A stretch of DNA of 49,935 nucleotides from contig NW_005434619.1 in NCBI RefSeq assembly GCF_000315625.1, forward strand, positions 19,170-69,104. Reading direction: 5' to 3'. The notes beneath the pieces were generated by a model. It searched no databases and had not been told where the DNA came from. It was given only the letters and a program-made list of their open reading frames with translations. A program made the translations under genes and the position numbers. Below, piece after piece: positions 13,201 through 23,473 of the stretch. Position 1 is the stretch's first letter; the number at the start of each line of letters is the position of its first letter. This DNA comes from Guillardia theta CCMP2712 (taxonomy: Eukaryota; Protista; Cryptophyta).

Positions 13201-15656
13201 CCACCATCTTCCTCGCCCTATCCAGCCAGATCCCGTCGGAGTCCGTGGTCGACAGCGCGTCCATGAGCACGGCGGACCTTATCTTCTTCATCATCTTCAG
13301 CTTCGAGTTCGTCGTCAAGGTCATCGACCGGGGGATCCTCTTCGAGGGCCCGGGGACCTACTTCCGGGAGCGGTGGAACTTTCTCGACTTCTTCCTGCTC
13401 CTCTTCCAGGGCCTCGACCTCCTCGGCCTCAATGGGATGAAGTCCTTCCGAGTTCTCAGGGTCCTCAGGCCCTTCAGGACGCTCAGGTTCCTCAACAAGG
13501 TCAAGGTCCTCCAGCAGCTCCTGGTGGCGTTTGCCGACAGCATGTACCAAGTGATCTCCCTCGTCGCCCTGTGGGTCATCGCCTTCCTCGTCTTCGGCGT
13601 CATCGGCATGAGCTTGTTCTCCGGTCAGTTTTACAGCTGCAACGACAAGGACTTTACCGGTGGGCCCATCAACCCCTTGGAGCAGGTGGGGTCCAAGGTG
13701 GGGTGGAGAGAGAACTGTGTGGGGTCCTACGTCTCGTTCAAGGGGATGGACGGCGAGTTCCTCGTGTCCAGCTACAGTCCAACAGGGATCCTGATGCCGC
13801 GGACCTGGGAGAACCCGTCGCAGGGGATGGCGCAGGCAACTTTCAGCTTCGACAACTTCGCCATGGCCTGCCAGATCCTCTACGAGATCGCGATCCTCCG
13901 AGGGCTCACAACCTACATCTACACAGCAGGGGACTCGACCGGCATCGGCCAGCAGCCGATCCAGCAGGAGATCTCGCCCAACATCTTCTACTTCGTGCTC
14001 TGGATCCTCTTCTCCGGCTTCTTCGTCCTGCAGATGATCATCGGGGTGCTGATCGACTCAATCAACCGGCAGACGGGAACGGCGCTGCTGACGACGAAGC
14101 AGAGGAATTGGGTGAGGATCAAGCAGAGGATGGAGAAGCTCACAATGCTCAGCAAGCTGGAGATCCCCCGCGGCTTCCGCAAGGTCTGCTGGCTGCTGTG
14201 CAACGACAGTCGCTTCCAGAACTTCTACAGCTTCATCATCCTCTTCAACATCATCATCATGATGTCAGAGTCGTACAACCAGCCCGACTGGTGGTCGAAC
14301 ATCATGGACGTTCTCAACTGGCTCTTCCTCGCCCTCTACATCCTTGAGATTATCATTAAGGTCATCGCCTACCGCCGAGAGTTTGTGGAGGACCCCTGGA
14401 ATATCTTCGACACCCTCGTGGTTGGGACCTCCATTCTAGACGCGATCCTCTCCTCCGGGGGGAGCAAGAGCGGCATCCAGGCGCTCCGAGTCCTGAGGAT
14501 CATCCGAGTCTTCCGAACCCTCCGGCTCGTCCGTCGATCTCCTCGTCTCATGCTCATCCTCAACACCCTCATCTCCTCTGCCCCTTCCATCGCAGCTGTC
14601 TGCGGCTTCATCCTCATCTACGTCTTCATCTTCGCCATCATTGGCAACCAAGCCTTCGCCGGGATCAAGCACGGCAACGCGCTGAACCATCACAACAACT
14701 TCGACTCGCCCTGGAACGGCATGCTGACGCTCTTCGTCCTCATCACGGGCGATGGATGGCAGGGGGTCATGAGGGACGTGGCGATCGCTGCTCCCTACTG
14801 CACCTCCTCCGACGAAGTCAGCCGCCTTCTGTCCCTCGGGTACAACCTCGTTGACAACACGGTGACGTCCGACTGCGGGAACGAGGCAGCAGCTTACATC
14901 TTCTTCGACATCTTCATCATGATCGGGTGGAACATCTTGCGATCCATGTTTATCGCCGTGATGATGGAGAACTTCTTCATCTTCAAGAACTCCTTCTCTT
15001 CCTCCCTCACCGAGGGGCACCTCGAGTCCTTCAGGAAGACCTGGCAGGAGATGGACCCGGGAAGAAAAGGCGTCCTGCCCCTGTACATGCTGAAGCCCTT
15101 TCTCCGCGAGCTGCAGGGCAACTACAACCCCCTCGGTATCTCAGCCCTCGAGAGTGAGTTCAGGTTCCAGACCATCAGGACGGAGATCGCGCTCTCCGTC
15201 AAGCCAAACGCAAAGGGTGTCGTAGAGGTCCCCTTCAACAAGCTCCTCGTCCTTCTCGGCATGTACGCCGTCGGCCCTCCTGCCCTCGAGTACACCGACA
15301 TGATCTCGCGCACGCGGGAGGTCACCTGGTTCGCCAAGCTCACTGCCGCCAGCAGGTTCCTTGCTATACACCGCGGTGTCAAGACGCGCACTCGCAGACT
15401 GGAGCAGCGGAAGGGGAGGTCAGCCGTGTCAATTTTCGCAGACAAGAGGAAGGGGAGGAAGGAGGAGGAGAAAAGAACGTCGGAATCGAAGGGGAACAAG
15501 CCAAGACCAGCCGTCGCTTCCGTCTCCGAGCTCGCCATGTCAACCCTTGCCAGCCAGGTAGACCTTCCCACCCTCCCACTTCTTCCCCGTGCATCCCGTT
15601 CCTGCACCCTCCCACCCCCTCTTCGCACGTCTCGTCATCTCCTCCTCGCTCACTGA
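10269..15656 (+). CDS. Four-domain (24-TM) voltage-gated cation channel alpha subunit, NALCN/Cch1-like. Probably has extra 5' exon(s) (acceptor at about 10258) and 3' exons to about 16450.
   Basis: Four S4 segments (RLTRPLRALR; RLIRLTRLIR; RVLRVLRPFRTLR; RVLRIIRVFRTLRLVRR) and four pore loops (TLENW, TTDGS, ILRGL, TGDGW). The III-IV linker GTALLTTKQRNW is NALCN-like, and HLESFRKTWQEMDPGRKG is EF-hand-like. A donor at about 15559 can join DLERKLEHLEGFSQKLQNKL. Confidence 0.93.
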   Translation: MHTDQELAEREYTKHFSQERIWLRNFVRSSYFAFIIYALIFFNTILIALNDIKDDYDPTSRLKDVNKIADWLIVSVFTAEMFLKMAALGIGFRPPLSRNVDPELAGYFASAWNRLDSFVVLMSWILIPIANVSGSGVKKLVQIFRLTRPLRALRELRNLKGVSALIETFPVSMASFFDVTCLLLFCLVVFATLALNIWGLEGRFNARCVVDSTDKTRSLQVAGFLQMPSPVLCSGSNCSAGFHCSCTPLVLSDGSIARKPYEYTDPLTGDVGCLRQGTSQPWTNGIETVDPVCPDLGFSCWNNVGLGMYTAFKAVTLENWSQLMWWAQDAGNPTVGWIFFLFLVILVSLNILNLYVACMSNSYRIVKIRKEEELQLQQEEEKLGIHEGIGGTELQELDDPLLAGEKKVTWKDRFQQLLELITADYQIAQNQEVLNPLSHALRRMFLYPNSVDECGNRIPSAIEKMARDREIAITWGPEVCRFRMYALSSDVQLLPELRVEGEETKSGGNEPWGASSSADMTELLEEGVDSTVNKVEVRNVLLKYKRLVEERETNFSLYARIEPVPYADVFILSCIVINAASSCMDHFSGAPVPTKFPASLSCCNPECTVRSDIQCPRGLEQMRSVWFNVIFAFELIFNVFFTVEVGLRVLSWWSFRMYILHQYPSNVIDFLVVFVSDVLFLLQFVVGNLFNASLLRLIRLTRLIRALKSIRQIEIVFNVMSKGFAAFKICIYVFLILLGWHILMALFAMQLFRCPVQDSAVCYRVNASLPCPKFCSQEIQGECYFTYNELWDHCPWSPHQNFNTFANSITQLFFATTTDGSFTSNMQSAMRSSDSVLPGLLFFLVFYFISFYGITNLLICVILDEFEPSDKLKAELQVDDFRKKAVEKLSRRMMREGHSVDDIEQAIEEQRDIDSYIQMMKEEEAKESIAEVWSLSFLHPPQPNATSPELDKNFRWYIRNLVESSLFRVFMMTTILVSTIFLALSSQIPSESVVDSASMSTADLIFFIIFSFEFVVKVIDRGILFEGPGTYFRERWNFLDFFLLLFQGLDLLGLNGMKSFRVLRVLRPFRTLRFLNKVKVLQQLLVAFADSMYQVISLVALWVIAFLVFGVIGMSLFSGQFYSCNDKDFTGGPINPLEQVGSKVGWRENCVGSYVSFKGMDGEFLVSSYSPTGILMPRTWENPSQGMAQATFSFDNFAMACQILYEIAILRGLTTYIYTAGDSTGIGQQPIQQEISPNIFYFVLWILFSGFFVLQMIIGVLIDSINRQTGTALLTTKQRNWVRIKQRMEKLTMLSKLEIPRGFRKVCWLLCNDSRFQNFYSFIILFNIIIMMSESYNQPDWWSNIMDVLNWLFLALYILEIIIKVIAYRREFVEDPWNIFDTLVVGTSILDAILSSGGSKSGIQALRVLRIIRVFRTLRLVRRSPRLMLILNTLISSAPSIAAVCGFILIYVFIFAIIGNQAFAGIKHGNALNHHNNFDSPWNGMLTLFVLITGDGWQGVMRDVAIAAPYCTSSDEVSRLLSLGYNLVDNTVTSDCGNEAAAYIFFDIFIMIGWNILRSMFIAVMMENFFIFKNSFSSSLTEGHLESFRKTWQEMDPGRKGVLPLYMLKPFLRELQGNYNPLGISALESEFRFQTIRTEIALSVKPNAKGVVEVPFNKLLVLLGMYAVGPPALEYTDMISRTREVTWFAKLTAASRFLAIHRGVKTRTRRLEQRKGRSAVSIFADKRKGRKEEEKRTSESKGNKPRPAVASVSELAMSTLASQVDLPTLPLLPRASRSCTLPPPLRTSRHLLLAH

Positions 15657-16876
15657 CCTCGACAGGACTTGGAGAGGAAGCTCGAGCACCTGGAAGGTTT
15701 CAGTCAGAAGCTGCAGAACAAGCTGTTCGACATGGATACGGTACAACACTCGCACCCTCCTCGCAACGCATACCCCCCACCCCTCGTCTCTGCCCCTTCC
15801 TACCCACCCGAACCTCTCCCTCTACTCCTCACGCTCATCTGATCTATACTCTTCGAATCCTTCTCATTTTCATTCTCCGCCCAAGATTCCTTCACCCCTT
15901 GCCCTCTCCCCCAAACTCTCCTCCTCCACCACCCTACCTCCTCCTCCTCTGTTTCCTCTCCCCTGCCTCCACTTCATCGAATCCTCTTGCTCCTCCCTCA
16001 GATTATTTCCTCCTCCTCCTCCTCCTCTTCCTCCTCCTCCTCCTCCTCGAGCTAACGACGATGTCACTGCAGGAAACAAACTCATCTGCAACGCCGTCGA
16101 CCTCCGACAGGTGAGCGCGGGAAGCGAGCGGGGATGGGAGGCTGACTCTTTCATTGCAGTCAATAACATCCTTCAAGTCAGCTCCTGTAAATATTAAACC
16201 AGCATTAGATCTCCTTGCTTTCTCTTATCACACATCCTCCCTCACCTTCGCGAGTCATCCGAGGGGCCTGATAGGAAGAACAAGCTGCAAGTCATCCGAA
16301 GGGCCTGATAGGAAGAACAAGCTGCAGCGAGCTCTTGCCATGACATCGTCCATGTCGACATGCTCTCCCTCGATCCTCCACCACGACAACTCTAGCAGAG
16401 CCTTCGATACCCTTGACCAACCCGTCAGGTTTGCCATGGTTTGTAGTCAATACCGCCCTCAATTAATTAAGGTTTGTAGTCAAGTATTGCATTGTTTATA
16501 GTCAAAGTGTACTGCGCAACCGTCGCCATGGGGAAAGGCGCCGAAACCATCAAGAGGTGATGTGATGAGGAACAGAGAAGACAAGACAGAGGAAGGAAGA
16601 AGACGATGTAACAGTGAGATAGAGGAAGGAAGAAGACGATGTAACAGTGAGGTAGACGAAGCGAGGGGAAGAGGGGCAGAGTCGTGGGAAAAGAAGGCAG
16701 GAGGATATTGGAAGGACGAGAAGAGGAGCAGGAGACTGAGCAGGGCTGCTATTGAAGGAAGGTGATGTCTCAAAGGACTCAATGAACATGATTCGTGAGT
16801 CGGGGAAGGGGGTTCATGAACCATGTGGCGGACGCAAAGCTGAGGCGGAAGGGAGGAGGAGGATGTCTGAGCTGTC

Positions 16877-18462
16877 TAAGTTGCATCCTGCATCTGCATC
16901 ACGATAACTTCGCTCTTGCTCGGCTCACTCACCCTGATGTAGATGGAACCCGTACGCTCAAGGAGCGAGGAAGTTGGAGGTAGTGCAGCCGACGCCTCAA
17001 ACCGTCCCCTTCTGGTTTGTCAATGACAGGGTGAAGGAAGAATCGAACCATCGCTGGGATGCCAACTCGCACCGGCTCCAGCATGGCTTCCAACAAGCGG
17101 TACTGCCCTCGTTGCCGCAGGATGGTGCTTATCTGTCTGTGCAAGGCGGAGAGGAGGAAAGCGATAGACCGAGGGATCATGATTCGCCCCAGCCTCATCA
17201 AACTTTCGTCGTCGCTGTCTAGAGGATCCTCGTGGAAAGATCCCCTGCAATGGCAGCCTCCCATTGTGAGGCGACTTGTACCGCTGTAGATAGCAGTCTC
17301 ATCCCCATGCTCAGATCCCCGAAGCTGTTAGAAACCCCGAGGTGAAGAACATCTACAAGCTGCAGAACATTCAAGGGATTAGGTGCTGTTGAAGAATCTT
17401 CTATGTGAATTTTTCTTATCAGCCCGGCAGGTGGAAAGAAAGCCGCTTTTACAACATCAACTATCATGGGAAGGGCATCCAGAGGGGGCTGTTGCGCCAG
17501 GTTCCGTTCTGATGTCTCATGCGTGTGATGCTCACAGAATGTTCAGGATCACCATGGAAATGCGTGTGATTGGTTCAAGGGAGAAGAATAGAGATGTAGA
17601 TGCATCAATTATTTTGCTTCTCATCCACATCTGATAGAGTTTGGTTGCTATCATTCACTATGATTCATATAGGAAAGCGAGGAACAAGCAGGGTAATGTT
17701 CTCCTACCAAACTCTATCATTCTGAACAGATTTGGGGCGCTTTCCTGCAAAGGAGAACATTTCCCTGCTTGTTCCTCGCTTTCCTACATGAATCATAGTG
17801 TGATAACATCACTGCACTCTATCTGCTCGAAGGGCAAGCTTTGCTAGTCCTTCATGCCCCCCTGAGATACACTTGTCTTCGATATTTGAATGTATGAGCA
17901 TTCTTCCTCCTCCAAGAATTCCATTCGCAAGTGTAAGGTAGAACTTGTCGAAAGGTTGCAAACAATGCCTATAATTGCACGTCTCGGAGTCCTGAGCTTC
18001 GTAGCATCCCATCCACGACATCGCATTTCAAGTTCACGTGCATGTCATGACATGGGGTACAACACTTGCTCACAATAGCCAATAGGTTATACGCCAAGAT
18101 GGGGTTCGAAGTTGTTCGATCGGAGGAAATCGTGCTTTATTCACATGTTTGCGATCGAATCATAGATTGCCCATGCATTCTTTCGCTGCTGTACTGGATT
18201 ACGCGAAGGACGTAAGTCCTAAGAATTTACAAGAGATGCACAATCATGAGCATACTTAAGCACTAAGACGAACATTCATCTTCCTAAGCGACCTTCCACA
18301 TTCGTCCCGTGGCTCCCGCATGCACTTCTTCAGTCTGAAGGGCCGATCGCGCGCAGATGTGGTAGGTACTTCAATTGTTTCCTCCTTCTTCGTAGTTTGC
18401 TTGATAGAATTCACCATTGTGGGCCCCATGTTTGCTTGAGGTCGGATTGAGTGGAAATTCAA
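16877..18462 (-). CDS. Multi-exon gene of unknown function (weak resemblance to fucosyltransferase-like GT-B C-termini); boundaries approximate
   Basis: Open exon fragments PNPLNVLQLVDVLHLGVSNSFGDLSMGM, GGCHCRGSFHEDPLDSDDESLMRLGRIMIPRS and MWMRSKIIDASTSLFFSLEP. A complete in-phase model could not be built by eye. Confidence 0.4.
17656..17800. repeat. 50-bp inverted repeat (48/50 complementary) with a 45-nt spacer
   Basis: 17656-17705 cactatgattcatataggaaagcgaggaacaagcagggtaatgttctcct matches the reverse complement of 17751-17800 with two mismatches. Confidence 0.95.
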
Positions 18463-18739
18463 GGAGTGACTTTCTTGTCAAGTTCCAGGGAAAGAGAAAT
18501 GCCAGACAGAACGTTGTAAAGGCTACGAGTCCAAACTTTGCCTGGGAGTGAGCAGAGCGAGACAGAGCAAAAACGAGGGGAAGAGGAGTCTCAGCAGACT
18601 AGGAGGAGAACAAAGGAGGATCGTGAGGTAGAGCGCTGGTAGGAGGAGGAGGAGTGGAAGAAGCTGGAGGAGAGGGGGAGAAACAAAAACTTTGTGGAGG
18701 TTTGCCAAGCAGGAGAATAAATAGCAATCGAAAAAGACC

Positions 18740-19560
18740 AGGGGTAGTCACTGGTAGTAACGGACAGTAGTGAGCCTGGGGTAGGGGTCCATATCTAGCC
18801 ACTCGCATAAACGCAGGGGGCTGAAGCATGACCAGGTCACGGAGTAGCTGGTGGCTGATCGGAGGGGTACTTTATTAAGAATTCTGCTATTGAAACGGGG
18901 GTAGCCTGCACGGAAGTTCCCGGGAGACCCATTTTAGACCTGCCAGGGGGTCACTGGGCCATAGAGAGTCGAATTTTCCTCATTTCGGGGGTAGGGTACT
19001 TACTATAGAGTGCTTCCGTTTCAGGGGTGGGTCATCGTTTGGGGGTCATAGTTCTATCAGGAGTTAAAACTTTTCAAGTTGATTCAGTTCAGTTCTACCT
19101 CGCAAGTAGGGGTACTCAAGGAGGGGGAAGGGAGGGTGGTGCTACCGGAGGACCCGGTGGTCGACCATGACTCTTATTGTCATGAACAAGTGTTTTTATC
19201 TGTCAGATACGCTACTCCGAAAGTTAAACCACAATGGGGGGTGGGGTGGGGGCAGATCATCGGATAACGGGCGTCTGGCCCCTCTAGAAGAGAAAAGACG
19301 ACCCCCACTAGACTGACCCCCACCCCCTCCACGCTTTGTCTGGTTATTACAGGGGTTCGATATCACATCGGGTCGGAGCCTCGGAGGCTACGGAGCTCCG
19401 AGTTTATGATTCCACCCCCCCCCCCCCGGGCCTTCAGCTTCTGACCACCCGTTTCAAGTTCCCGTCAATCGGACCCCATTACGGTTCTCGATTGGAACGA
19501 CCGGTAGGGTGGCCATACTGAGACCACCCACCTGCCCCCAGATCATCGGATCAGAACGCA
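18740..19560. other. GGGGT-rich (18740-19270) then ACCCC-rich (19300-19550) intergenic block
   Basis: The motif strand switches near 19280; CAGATCATCGGAT occurs twice (about 19253 and 19539). Confidence 0.65.
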
Positions 19561-20065
19561 ACGGTTGGTAGACTATCCGTTAGGCTAAGGAATTGACCGA
19601 CTCCCGGCCTAGTGGGCGAGTGATAGTACGGTCCAGTCACTGTAGTGAAGGGCCCGGGTCACAGCACGGTGGCCGGGCCGATGCACGGGGGCCCGCCGGC
19701 CGTGGCCGCGGGCGGCGACCGTACTGAGCCGGTCGGGCTTTAAGAGACTGTGTGACTTTCGGTCTGCCACAGCCTTTACTGAAAGTTAGATCGGCAGCCC
19801 ACTGACTGATGATATTACTCAGTGTAGTGCTGAGTAGGATCGGACACGGATCGCCCCCCGATGGCCCACCGACGGTCACAGAGTCACGGTGCGCCCAGGA
19901 GGCGGGGGCGGCCCGGGGCCGGCGCGGAGGAAGCGGCACTCACGGCCGAACCGTTGAACCGTTCGTGACAGTGTGTCCCAGTCACAGGCTGGCCGCTGAG
20001 CACGGTGAAACGGTGCCGTACTGAAGCATGGCATGCTGCTATCGCCGGTGACAGTACTAGTACGT
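19560..20065. other. CCGG/GTCAC/CAGT-rich intergenic block
   Basis: gggcccgggtcacag, ggccgggccg, cagtcactg, ggtcacagagtcacggt; lies downstream of the AKR stop codon. Confidence 0.7.
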
Positions 20066-20168
20066 GCTAGTGGTAACGGGTTCAGTGAACGTTGAAGGCT
20101 CATCTCAGACGGTTTACTTGACGGCCTCACTTCTCGGAGCCTTGAAGAAACATGGCGGACAAGCTCCT

Positions 20169-23047
20169 TCACTTGTTGACTGCAACGCCCTTGACCTGCT
20201 CGGTAGGAACACGAGGATGCCAGACTGGCTGCCCGACCGCGCTCTGCGGGTCCTGGAAGGGATTCTTGGCTGGGTCCTTGTGCACACGGAAAATCTTGTC
20301 GATCTCTTTCTCCAGCTCCTCGTTCCAGTCCATGGAGAAGGCGCCAATGTTTTCTCGCAGCTGTCCAATCGGCAGTCAGGATCAGAGCCTGAGGGCTGAA
20401 GGTAGAGGAAGGAAGGAGGAGGGTAGAGAAGTGGAGGTGGAGGGAGGACAGGATACCTGCTTCAGGGTAGTAGCGCCGATGATGGTGCTGGCGACGAAGG
20501 GGCGAGAGTTGGTGAAGGCAAGAGCAAGCTCTGACGGCGTCATGCCGAACTTCTTCGCAAGAGCAGCGTACTCGTCCGCAGCCTTCTTAGCAGAGGACTG
20601 CATGAAGCGAGCCATGTACCTGAGGACGAAGTGAGGGAGCTGTAGGAGGAGAGGAGGGGAGAGAAGGATTCCGAGGGAGCTAGGGAGATAGCGGAAGTGA
20701 GAGGGGAAGAGGAAGGCAGGAGGAAGGGAGATGAGGAGAGAATGGGGAGCGGGGTAGAGGCGGGAAGAAAGCGAGGGAACAGGGGGTAGTGCACAGTGCA
20801 GGGGAGGTTGTTACCCTTCGAACAGATTCAGCCTCCACTTCTTGGACTCCTCAGGGTCAGCGCTGTCCGTGTACTTGCCGCTCCTGTCATGCCATGAGCA
20901 TCGCACGCAAGCACGGCGGCCATGGGAGTCATCACAGGATTCCTCCTGCGAGAGGGCTGTAGGCGAGAAGTCCCACGTTGCAGTTGTTGGGGGCACAGAC
21001 CTCCATGCTCAAGTCAGGCAGATGAGACAGGGAGAGGAGGAGGTGAGGTAGCACGACGACATATGGGATAGATGGTGGTGGTGGTGGTGGTGGTGGTGGT
21101 GGTGGTGATGATGATGATGATGATAATGAGGACGAGGACGAGGTGGTGGAGGAAGACAAGGAGGCGACGAAGTAGGGAAATGAAATCACCTCGTCAAGGT
21201 CCGTCTCGAAGTCGACACGGTTCAGGAGCGAGTAAGAGTTCTGGATGGAGACGACTTGGGGAAGATTCAGCTGGACTGCCACGTCATTCCTTCTTCCTCC
21301 TACCCTCTCGTCGTCCACCTGCTTCGACAAGAAGTGAAAGTTCATGACGCCGAACGGCGACTCGTTGGAGACTCCCATGTATCTGACCTGTGAACTGACC
21401 TTCAGCATGACAGCATGGAGGAGTGAAGATGAAGAGAGTGAGGAGGAGGGGACGCGTAGGGATGGAGGGGGAGGTGGGGTGACAAGATGAGGAGAGAAGG
21501 AGGAGAGGAAAAGCTAGACTTCTTTGAGGGCGGTCAAAGGGGTGTGTGTGGGGAAGAGGATGCAGAGGACGTTTCAGTGAGGACCAAGGAGGAGGATCGC
21601 AACCTTGCCCTGTCGAATCAGCTCGTCGAACTGAACAGGCAACGGTCACTTAATGGGCAGGAAGGATTGAGTCTTACAGCCCGCAGTTGCTCTTCGAAGG
21701 AGACGGACTCGTAGACTTTGGAGATGTCATACGTTCCTGGGCGGTAGTCCAAGGTCAACACCAAATTCGTCAAAATTACCAGCTAGTTCACCTGGTGCCC
21801 CAAAGAGGTTGCCCATGTGGCGATCCGGCCAGTGAATCTGGATCGTGGAAAGATTAACGGAGAGAACAAGGGGAAGGGAAGAGAGGGAAGGAGAGGATGG
21901 GAGTGAGGGAGTGAGGGAGTGAGGGGGCAGAGATCACTATCTTTCCCTCACTCACTGCCGATGCAGACACGACCCACCTGAAGGAGATCAATGTAGTCTG
22001 TGTTGAGTCGCTTCAGACTCTCATCCACGCTGCATCTCAGGTCACATCTCATGCCCTTCAAGCTTGCCGCCATGTCGCCATCACCTGGTCAGGATCTCCT
22101 TGCGGGTCACACGGCTCCCCTTCCCATCGCGTCCTTGTGGGGAGGCGTCAAGAAAACGCACCCACGTTGCTCCTTCACAAACCAGGCAGCCAAGTGATCC
22201 TGTCAGAATATCCCGCTACTTTTGTTGCCAACACCTTCCTGCATGTCACTGCCTGTCTCACTTCCTCGTAGCTCCTCCACCCACCACATCCTCCCTCCTC
22301 TTCGTCTTCAGCCACTTAGCGATGGTCCTGTCAGTGTCGCCTTGAGTCTCTGCCTTGACAGGGATCGGATACATCTCCGCCTGGCAAGTCAGGGTAAACA
22401 TCTTGTCACTCTCACCGCTTCCTTGAGCTTACAGTGTCGATGAAGTTCACGCCAAACTCATCGAACGCCACGTTTAGTTGCTCCACTCCCTCCTCCATCG
22501 TATTTTGTTGCCCCCACGTCATGGTTCCCAGGCAACAGCGCGAGACCTTGAGGTCGGAGTTCCCCAGCTTCACATACTCCATCGCCTTCATGCTGGTTGC
22601 CATCCTCCTGTTCGTCGGTCTCGACACCTGCCAGTGTTGAACACCTGGAGCATGGGAGGAGAACAGCTTCTACCGTGCTGAACAGACTTCTAGTTCTCCC
22701 CATCATCGCGACCCCGTTCGTGACTGAGAAGGCAGACACACCTTGACCAATTCAGTCAGTGATATGAAATCAGGAGGAGGCATGTTCTGATCTTGTGTCT
22801 ATCATAATGCGCTCTTCAAGGGCTTACAGCATATTGCTGTTTCTATCGACACGTGTGGACTAGAGCTTTTTCGCTCTCGCTACGTCCATCTCTCATCTTA
22901 ACATCACTCATTATACTCATCCCGACCATCCCTTGCTTGTTTCATCTCCTCTCCTCTCCTCTCCTCTCCTCTCCTCTCCTCTCCCCCCCCCTCCCCTCCT
23001 CTCCCCTTACCTTCTGCCATCATCACCACAATCGCAGCCCGCAGCAT
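20169..23047 (-). CDS. Plastid-targeted aldo-keto reductase, Tas-like, many exons
   Basis: MEYVKLGNSDLKVSRCCLGTMTWGQQN, FIDT|AEMYP, IHWPDR, VRYMGVSNESPFG, SIQNSYSLLNR, LLAYSPLAGGIL, STIIGATTLKQ|LRENI. Exon 1 (23047-23011) plus exon 2 (from 22741) give MLRAAIVVMMAEGVSA-FSVTNG..., a signal peptide with +1 Phe and a transit peptide. Confidence 0.92.
21072..21145. repeat. Intronic (GGT)n(GAT)n(GAC/GAG)n trinucleotide repeat
   Basis: Read directly, inside an AKR intron. Confidence 0.9.
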
Positions 23048-23473
23048 GTTTATGTGTCCAGGGTTTGCCACTACCCCCATGATCCCCTGAAGCATGACCC
23101 CTCCCCTGAACTTGGAACGAGATGAGGGGGGGACGAGGGCAACTGGGTCAGTGAGGGGACGAGGAGACAATAGAGCCGTTCTAGAGCTTCTGAAAATGGC
23201 TGCTGAGCCGAGGCAGGGAGTGAGAGGGAGTGTGGGAGGAGCGAGGTGAGAGGAGGAGGAGGGAGAGGAGGAGGTAGAGGAGGAGTGTGGTGAGAGGAGG
23301 AGGAGGGAGAGGAGGAGGAGGGAGAGGAGGAGGAGGGAGAGGGACGAGACAGCTGGGTGACATCCTGCAAAGACCTGCCATCTTTGGTCCTTGACGCAGC
23401 AAGGGCGAGGGGAGGGAAAGAGTGACGAGGGGAGGGAGCGAGGGAGAGTTTCTTGTGGCGGCTTCGAGTAACC

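Noticed and set aside
13133-14347. 404-aa alternative-frame ORF, plus many antisense ORFs inside the channel, kinase and coiled-coil genes
   Set aside because: Expected from extreme C/G third-position bias suppressing stops; low-complexity H/P/R/L composition and no motifs
17059-17289. + strand KRYCPRCRRMVLICLC resembling a DTW-domain or Zn-ribbon N-terminus
   Set aside because: Antisense to a better-supported minus-strand exon; no downstream DTW motifs
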